A stretch of DNA of 64,000 nt. Source: Candidatus Thorarchaeota archaeon. GTDB lineage: Archaea > Asgardarchaeota > Thorarchaeia > Thorarchaeales > Thorarchaeaceae. The first letter of the stretch is position 1, and each line of letters begins with the position of its first letter. Where the stretch lies: contig JBHLQH010000014.1 of assembly GCA_048884965.1 (NCBI GenBank), positions 27,375 through 91,374 on the forward strand. The letters are read 5' to 3'. The translations under genes were made by a program, and so were the position numbers. Of this stretch, positions 57,922 through 64,000 are shown piece by piece. The notes below the pieces were generated by a model that was not told the DNA's origin, ran no database searches, and saw only the letters and a list, made by a program, of their open reading frames with translations.

Positions 57922-58905
57922 TTGAAGTCGTTGGTTCTGACGCGTGATGGATTTCAGATTGCTGACACTCCGATGCCATCTATGATGCCCGGCGAGGTCA
58001 GAATAGAGGTTCGTTCTGTTGGAATCTGCCGCACAGATTTGAAGATCTGGAAGAATCAAATTGATACCGACCTGCCACTAATCCTTGGACATGAGATTTC
58101 GGGTATTGTTCATGATAGCACAGTCCCCGATATTGCCCCCGGAACTCCAGTAACAACTGAAATAGACCTTTCATGTGGGACTTGCTGGTATTGTAGAAAT
58201 GGGAAGAAGCATCTTTGCTCTGCTAAGAAAACACTTGGAATATCCACTGATGGTGGACTCACAGAGTACATTGTTGTTCCATACGACTTAATCCACCAGC
58301 TGCCAGTGGGGATTGATTCCATCAAAGGCACTTTTGTTGGACCGTTATCGAATGCAATCGAAACCTACACTCGTGCAACCGTTGATCCGAGTGAAAGTGT
58401 TCTTATCATTGGCACCGGTAAGATGGGCTTGATAATCGCCCAAGTCTTTGAGGCATTCGGATCTGAAGTACTTCTATTAGGAGATAACCAATGGCATATG
58501 GGTGTCGCTCGTCAGCTTGGATTGCAACATATATTGGGGCTTTCATCCAATTGGAAGGAGGAGCTAACCGAGCTCACGAAGGTAGGCCCGAATATTGTAG
58601 TAGAGGCAACAGGCACAAAAAGAGGTCTGGATATTGCTCTGGATGTCGTTCGGAGCGATGGCACCATTGCACTCACTGGTCATCATGAAGCTAACTATCA
58701 AATCAACCCACGTCAGCTAATTGGACGTGAACTCAAGCTGATTGGAACTTCACGCGGTGACTATGAGATGGCGATTGAGATGCTACAGAAGGGAAGAATT
58801 GAAGTACGGAAGCTCGTTACGAAACAATTTCCTCTGGAGCAAGGTGTGCAAGCATTTGAAGAAGCATCAAAACCTGAAGTTGTCAAAGTAAACATCAACA
58901 TCTGA
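57922..58905 (+). CDS. Zinc-dependent MDR alcohol/sugar dehydrogenase
   Basis: GICRTD, GHE, CGTCWYC..C structural zinc site, GTGKMG Rossmann. Confidence 0.88.
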   Translation: MKSLVLTRDGFQIADTPMPSMMPGEVRIEVRSVGICRTDLKIWKNQIDTDLPLILGHEISGIVHDSTVPDIAPGTPVTTEIDLSCGTCWYCRNGKKHLCSAKKTLGISTDGGLTEYIVVPYDLIHQLPVGIDSIKGTFVGPLSNAIETYTRATVDPSESVLIIGTGKMGLIIAQVFEAFGSEVLLLGDNQWHMGVARQLGLQHILGLSSNWKEELTELTKVGPNIVVEATGTKRGLDIALDVVRSDGTIALTGHHEANYQINPRQLIGRELKLIGTSRGDYEMAIEMLQKGRIEVRKLVTKQFPLEQGVQAFEEASKPEVVKVNINI

Positions 58906-58916
58906 GGAAACATTCA

Positions 58917-60188
58917 ATGAAGAAATATGCAGCGGATCTTCATATTCACTCACTTCATTCAATTGGTGTCAGTAAGAATATGACCATACCAAATCTAGCG
59001 AAAGGTGCAATAAGCAAAGGGATCAGTCTAATAGGAACTGGGGACGCAACTCAACCTGATTGGCTGAAGCATATCGAGAGTACCCTGGAACGCAAGGATG
59101 GACTCCTTTCGTGTAATGGAATCCATTTTATTCCTTCGGTTGAGTTTGAAGATAAGGACTCGATTCATCACGTTATACTCCTTCCAGATTTTGAGGCCGT
59201 TCACAAACTGCGATCTCTCATAGCTGCTGACTCTCCAAATCTCAATCATGAATGGGGTGGTCGCCCTCGAGTGAATCTTCAAGCTGAGGCAATTGCAGGA
59301 CATGTCCGTGATGTCGGTGGGATGATCGGTCCAGCTCATGCATTTACTCCTTTCAAGGCAATTTTCAGAGAAGGCAAGTATGATAGCATAAAGGATTGCT
59401 ACGGCTCAGAGGCAGATCACATCCATTTCCTGGAACTAGGTCTATCCGCTGATACTGAGATAGCTGACTTTATTCCAGAACTTCGCCGACTAACATACAT
59501 CACCTCTAGTGATGCTCATTCACCGTCTCCTGACAAGCTTGGACGTGAGTTCGTTGTCCTTGAAATGACATCTCCCTCTTTTGATGAAGTCAGAAAAGCA
59601 TTGATGCGAGAAGGCGGAAGAAGCTCTTCGCTCAATTTGGGTCTTAATCCCATGCTTGGAAAGTACTATCTTTCATTCTGCTCCAAGTGTCGCAGAACCG
59701 TCGTTATTCAGGAGGGTAGCAAATCTCCATCATTTGATTCACTTAACATCTACATTAGTTGTAAGGACGATGCTGAGCATGCGAAGCTCCTTGCTGATAT
59801 AAGCAAACGCGCTGTCAAATGTCCAAGTGATGGAAAACCTCTGAGGTTGGGAGTCAGAGACCGAGCTGCGATGCTCGGTGAAGTTAGGAGTAAAAGTCCC
59901 AAGCATCGACCGCCCTATCTTCATATCCCTCCTCTCCTCGATATCATCCAAACTGCATTGGGCACAAAATCGAATAAGGTGCAATCCGTAAAACGCCTAT
60001 ACAAAGAGATGATTGGGACCCTGGGTACTGAAGTAGAAATCTACACATCCGCAAAGACCGACAAAATCTATCAGATAAATGAGAGACTAGGCGAATTCAT
60101 TGACTCCTATCGAAAAGGAAAGGTGAGGTATGTTCCCGGCGGTGGTGGTAGATACGGGACAATTGTATCACCTTGGGAAGCTGAATAG
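58917..60188 (+). CDS. Endonuclease Q (TIGR00375 PHP family)
   Basis: DLHIHS..SKNM, GTGD, GPAHAFTP, ELGLSAD, SDAHSP, LGRE, GKY, PGGGGRYG. Confidence 0.87.
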   Translation: MKKYAADLHIHSLHSIGVSKNMTIPNLAKGAISKGISLIGTGDATQPDWLKHIESTLERKDGLLSCNGIHFIPSVEFEDKDSIHHVILLPDFEAVHKLRSLIAADSPNLNHEWGGRPRVNLQAEAIAGHVRDVGGMIGPAHAFTPFKAIFREGKYDSIKDCYGSEADHIHFLELGLSADTEIADFIPELRRLTYITSSDAHSPSPDKLGREFVVLEMTSPSFDEVRKALMREGGRSSSLNLGLNPMLGKYYLSFCSKCRRTVVIQEGSKSPSFDSLNIYISCKDDAEHAKLLADISKRAVKCPSDGKPLRLGVRDRAAMLGEVRSKSPKHRPPYLHIPPLLDIIQTALGTKSNKVQSVKRLYKEMIGTLGTEVEIYTSAKTDKIYQINERLGEFIDSYRKGKVRYVPGGGGRYGTIVSPWEAE

Positions 60189-60189
60189 A

Positions 60190-60501
60190 ATGACCGTCGT
60201 TAGAGGGATAATCCGAGAAGTAGGAAAAAGCACGACTACTAGAGTTGGTACTCGTAAGTGGTATGGAAAGACGACCATCGTCATACAGGATGAAACGACT
60301 ATGAAGACATATTCTGTACATGTTCCAGCCCATGTTATGGATAAGCAGAGGTTCCTTCCGAGAGTAGGCACACCAGTCATAGTACATGGTTACGTAGAGG
60401 AAGCAGAGTACGGTCTCTCTGATTACGTTGTTACTCGAGTTACTCATATCAAGCGAGAAGGTGAGGGGCTTCTCAAAGTACACAAATTCGATGAGGAGTA
60501 G
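60190..60501 (+). CDS. Small probable OB-fold protein
   Basis: VRGIIREV...PRVGTPVIVHGYV beta-strand pattern; ATG 1 nt after the EndoQ stop. Confidence 0.6.
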   Translation: MTVVRGIIREVGKSTTTRVGTRKWYGKTTIVIQDETTMKTYSVHVPAHVMDKQRFLPRVGTPVIVHGYVEEAEYGLSDYVVTRVTHIKREGEGLLKVHKFDEE

Positions 60502-60504
60502 GGA

Positions 60505-60807
60505 TCATTTCTTGGATTCCCTGATTATGAAGCTTGGAGAGATTATCCATTGTGACTTGCATTTTGGACACTTGGAGGGTCTCTTCGCAGAACCCTGTGG
60601 TTTGAAGACATACTCACAGCTGCCACATCTGGCAGGTTTGATCAATAATTCCTTTCTTTGATGCTTGATGGATTTTGCTATATGCTCAATATCTTCATAC
60701 ACTATTGATCGTTGCTTGATATCTAATGCTTGGCAGATATCTTCAGCAGTGAGCGGATATTCTGTATCCTCTAGGAGCTCTGTTATCCTTTCTCTTCTGG
60801 TTTGCAT
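60505..60807 (-). CDS. Archaeal HTH-zinc ribbon transcriptional regulator (COG3357)
   Basis: TRRERI..VYEDIEHIAKS..PARCGSCEYVF..PSKCPKCKSQWI. Confidence 0.88.
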   Translation of the reverse strand: MQTRRERITELLEDTEYPLTAEDICQALDIKQRSIVYEDIEHIAKSIKHQRKELLIKPARCGSCEYVFKPQGSAKRPSKCPKCKSQWIISPSFIIRESKK

Positions 60808-60914
60808 TGGAATATCCTTTCCTCTTCAGGATGGTCCTGTTCAGTAATTTGAACAGGCTGTTTCAAACGTAGAGTCATATCAAAGTTGTTCCTATTCCAA
60901 CATGGGTCAATACA

Positions 60915-61622
60915 ATGAAAGAGTATGATACTGGATTAAATATCACTGCAATCAGTGCTGTGGTAGTAGCTATCGTGGTAGTGTCGGGATTGTTCGTAGT
61001 AACAGTATTGCTGCCTCCGGGTACTCCAACGACAACTCCGACGACGACTGGGCCGAATGGAGGTTATGGCATTAGGGCTGCGGATTATTTGAACAACAGG
61101 CGAGGAGATGTTGAATTCTACTGGACATGTAATTGTACCCTCGTAAATACAGACATCTCATCCTACTATGCTGAAACTGTACCTGAGGCTTTTGTCGACG
61201 GAGTGCTAATGAATAGGACAGACTCAGGCGGCATTATCAATGTGCTCTTCTCTCCTTGGAGTGAGCGTCACATCGGTATCGGTGAGCTTTCAGTCACGCA
61301 ATGGGAGAATCTAGCTGGTACCGTTGTTAATACAATTGAAGATCTGCCAGATTATGTTGGAATTCCAGAAATAGAATCTTGGTATCCAACGTTGAATCTT
61401 GGAATATACTTCAATGACGGGACATTCTTCGCATTACAATACTTTGCTAGTGATGGTGTAGTATCTCTCTCAAACGGAACTTGGGACGGATTCAGTGAAT
61501 GGGGATGGCCAAATACGACCGGATACGATCCAAACGACCATTGGCTTCAATCTGCAGGTCTTATGGACATTCCAATGACTGCATTATATTCCATCGTTAC
61601 AGAGAATGTGCCCTACTCCTAA
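60915..61622 (+). CDS. Membrane-anchored extracellular hypothetical protein
   Basis: N-terminal TM, T/P linker, NxT sequons. Confidence 0.7.
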   Translation: MKEYDTGLNITAISAVVVAIVVVSGLFVVTVLLPPGTPTTTPTTTGPNGGYGIRAADYLNNRRGDVEFYWTCNCTLVNTDISSYYAETVPEAFVDGVLMNRTDSGGIINVLFSPWSERHIGIGELSVTQWENLAGTVVNTIEDLPDYVGIPEIESWYPTLNLGIYFNDGTFFALQYFASDGVVSLSNGTWDGFSEWGWPNTTGYDPNDHWLQSAGLMDIPMTALYSIVTENVPYS

Positions 61623-61653
61623 TGGATAGAGTGTGCTAAGATATCAATCGCGT

Positions 61654-61687
61654 AAGTGGGTGTTCTTTTAAGATTGCACACCCACTT
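61654..61687 (+). terminator. Hairpin terminator
   Basis: AAGTGGGTGT...ACACCCACTT followed by T run. Confidence 0.55.
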
Positions 61688-61713
61688 TTTCTTATTATCA
61701 AGGTGAGAATCAA

Positions 61714-62160
61714 CTGAACGACGAAGAGCAAAGAGAGCTAATTAACAAACTCCTCAAAGGACGTACGATGAGTGTATACGCCTTATTGCTGACCCACGAC
61801 AAACTAGGTGTTCGAGATATTCAGAGATATCTGGACTTCTCAAGTCCAAGTCTCGCTCTGCATCATCTGACGAAACTTACAGAGCTTGAACTTGTTGAGA
61901 AAGACAACCATGGGGAGTATTCAGTGACGCGGTTGGTGCGTGTAGGGTCCCTCTCTCTCTTTGTCAGGCTCGGGAAGCGTTTGCTTCCACGTTTTCTTTT
62001 CCTTGCTACTATGTTTTCGGGTATGCTCATAGTCTACATCGCATTCTTCCTTTCATGGCCTCCAAATGGTGGAGATATAATGTTCGTCGCATTATGCCTG
62101 ATATCGATGGCCATTGTTCTACATGAGAGTCAACGTGTATGGAATCTCTCTCCATTCTAG
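61714..62160 (+). CDS. Membrane-tethered winged-helix regulator (possible CTG start)
   Basis: LKGRTMSVYALL..GVRDIQRYLDFSSPSLALHHLTKL..GEY plus two C-terminal TM helices. Confidence 0.75.
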   Translation: MNDEEQRELINKLLKGRTMSVYALLLTHDKLGVRDIQRYLDFSSPSLALHHLTKLTELELVEKDNHGEYSVTRLVRVGSLSLFVRLGKRLLPRFLFLATMFSGMLIVYIAFFLSWPPNGGDIMFVALCLISMAIVLHESQRVWNLSPF

Positions 62161-62261
62161 GTTTCTGATATCATTCGGAACTACCGAGTGACAGGAATAT
62201 ATAGCTTTGATGATGTTCTTTCGTTGAGTGGATACTCCACCTGTTTTGAGGACGATACTCT

Positions 62262-63524
62262 ATGCCCCAGCAGAAATTGGAACCAGAGAAGCGGACTGTC
62301 AGAAGGACAGATGATTCTATGTGCTCCAAATGTATGGGACATCGTTCTTTATGTGGTGTCACTCCATGTCCCTTACTGATGCGAGCGAAGGCTCTCATCG
62401 ATATTGATAAAGCTGTTACAGGGCATAATCTAGAGGGGTCTAGTCCCCCTTCAGTGTTTGTTGGAAATCAAGGATATCCTAAGGTGCTGCTTGGTCCATT
62501 GATACCTCCCATTCGTGGGAAAGAAACGTCTCTTATGGAACGACCTGATCTCTGGCTGAACAAAACCTTGGATGAGATACTCTCTATTCGATTCAGTCTT
62601 ATAAGAACCAAGAAGAGAATTCCTGTTGATGCGGCTATTGAGCCATCAAGAATGCTTCATGAAACACAAACAATGGCTCTCTCTGATGTTCCTCTCGATT
62701 CAGAAGCAACTCTGATAAAGCGGCCTACATTCACTAGCGTCTTTACTGGTCGCACACTTCCCATTGGTCCTTCTGCTCCGCTGGATGACTTTCACCTTGA
62801 TGACAATCCAAAGGTTCCCAAGCCTGTTGATCGTGCAACAAGTGATGTCGATCTAAATGCAACCCTAGGAATTATGGAGATGTTCGATGGCGGAATAAGA
62901 CAGGAACACATGACTCGCGTACTTTCTGTTGGTTTGCTTGGAATCAAGAAACGCCGCAAATTGGTCCCTACACAATGGAGCATCACAGCTGTTGATGATA
63001 TCATCGGAAGACAGTTGCACAAGGAAGTGCTTCGATTGCCTTGGCAGAATGACTACCAAGTTTATGCTGACCATGCACTCGGGAACACTGTTGTTCTACT
63101 ATTCCTCCCCAGTAGTTGGCAATTCGAGGCACTTGAATGTTGGCTAGGTAGCTTGAACCCGCCAGTGTTTTCTGATCATGAGTGGTATAAGGGTAGAAAG
63201 GACTATGCAACATCTATTGTTGGCGCTTACTATGCAACTCGCTTGCCTGCTCTCGAGCATCTTGTAAAGAAACGAGGAAAACAGGCAGGTGTTATAGTGT
63301 TCATGGAGATTGATCCAACGCAATGGGTCCCTCTAGGAGTTTGGAGATTCAGAGAGATCGCATATCGTGCATTGTCGCAACCTTCAAAGAAATTCACTAC
63401 TCTTGATGAAGCGATTAATGAGGTAGGTACACATCTGAGGAATCCTGTGAAGAACTACATATCAGCAAGTGAAATTCATCACCATTACACAACTCAGACC
63501 CGTCTAACGGATTTCTTCAATTGA
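62262..63524 (+). CDS. nreA: Archaeal Nre DNA repair protein
   Basis: CSKC..LCG..CP, GSSPPSVFVG..GYPKV, RRKLVPTQWSITAVDD, GAYYA, C-terminal PIP box QTRLTDFF. Confidence 0.9.
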   Translation: MPQQKLEPEKRTVRRTDDSMCSKCMGHRSLCGVTPCPLLMRAKALIDIDKAVTGHNLEGSSPPSVFVGNQGYPKVLLGPLIPPIRGKETSLMERPDLWLNKTLDEILSIRFSLIRTKKRIPVDAAIEPSRMLHETQTMALSDVPLDSEATLIKRPTFTSVFTGRTLPIGPSAPLDDFHLDDNPKVPKPVDRATSDVDLNATLGIMEMFDGGIRQEHMTRVLSVGLLGIKKRRKLVPTQWSITAVDDIIGRQLHKEVLRLPWQNDYQVYADHALGNTVVLLFLPSSWQFEALECWLGSLNPPVFSDHEWYKGRKDYATSIVGAYYATRLPALEHLVKKRGKQAGVIVFMEIDPTQWVPLGVWRFREIAYRALSQPSKKFTTLDEAINEVGTHLRNPVKNYISASEIHHHYTTQTRLTDFFN

Positions 63525-63572
63525 TGCGGGTAATTTAAGAGAGGAATTGAGAAAGGTCTAGATGAGGAATAC

Positions 63573-64000
63573 ATGACGTTATATGAGCGTATTTGCAATC
63601 TGAGTAGCAAGTCACGATTGCACCGAATATCAGGGAGGACGAAAGACAGAGACCTAGCCAAAGCGATTTCGTTTCTCTCACCAATAATGGCTGTCACCAT
63701 CGAAGGCGTAGTTTCTGCGTCATATCTCGTGGCAGCTCTAAGTTTCATGTCGTTAGTTTTGATCCTGTATTTCTTTAGTATCACGATTCTGGTTTCTATT
63801 CTTTTATCCCTAACAGTTTCAGTTTTGATCTATTTCGTCATTGTCACCTATCCGGTTTCGGTTATGAACGGATACAAGCTGGGACTTTCTGAAGAAGCGG
63901 ACTTGGTGTTTGAGCAATTCCTAATTGTGTTTCAATCTGGAGGAACTATCTTTGATGCAATAGAGATGGTCGCAAATTCCAGGCACCCTCTTCTCTCTGC
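63573..64000 (+). CDS. TadC/T2SSF-like membrane platform protein (partial)
   Basis: Manual translation MTLYERICNLS...two TM helices...YP...QSGGTIFDAIEMVA; open to window end. Confidence 0.6.
   Translation, partial: MTLYERICNLSSKSRLHRISGRTKDRDLAKAISFLSPIMAVTIEGVVSASYLVAALSFMSLVLILYFFSITILVSILLSLTVSVLIYFVIVTYPVSVMNGYKLGLSEEADLVFEQFLIVFQSGGTIFDAIEMVANSRHPLLS

Noticed and set aside
63494-63784. 96-aa minus-strand ORF
   Set aside because: Antisense to the partial TadC-like gene and the nre 3' end

Overview
Gene-dense archaeal chromosomal segment, very likely from an Asgard archaeon (probably Thorarchaeia). This is an inference from a Rab-like GTPase, a giant membrane-anchored Ig-like repeat protein with a cytoplasmic longin-like domain, and archaeal genes such as EndoQ, Nre and the COG1202-type helicase. 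No rRNA, tRNA, CRISPR array or transposase was recognised. The window carries many DNA-repair genes: uvrB, TWO translationally coupled full-length uvrA paralogs, uvrC, EndoQ, Nre, a RecJ-like DHH protein, a beta-CASP nuclease and an SF2 helicase. It also has nucleotide salvage/sanitisation genes and transporters. The most unusual items are: (1) two unannotated ~30-aa ultra-acidic Trp-periodic micropeptide genes (each ending D-W-stop, each with a Shine-Dalgarno-like site) bracketing a very basic Cas2/PaaX/ChrB-like protein; (2) a double zinc-ribbon protein built from two reordered motifs of contractile-injection-system baseplate proteins; (3) the uvrA tandem; (4) a peptidase/ArsR cassette between uvrA and uvrC with a shared palindromic operator; (5) a PRMT-fold methyltransferase. 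All family assignments come from motif recognition by eye; no searches were run.
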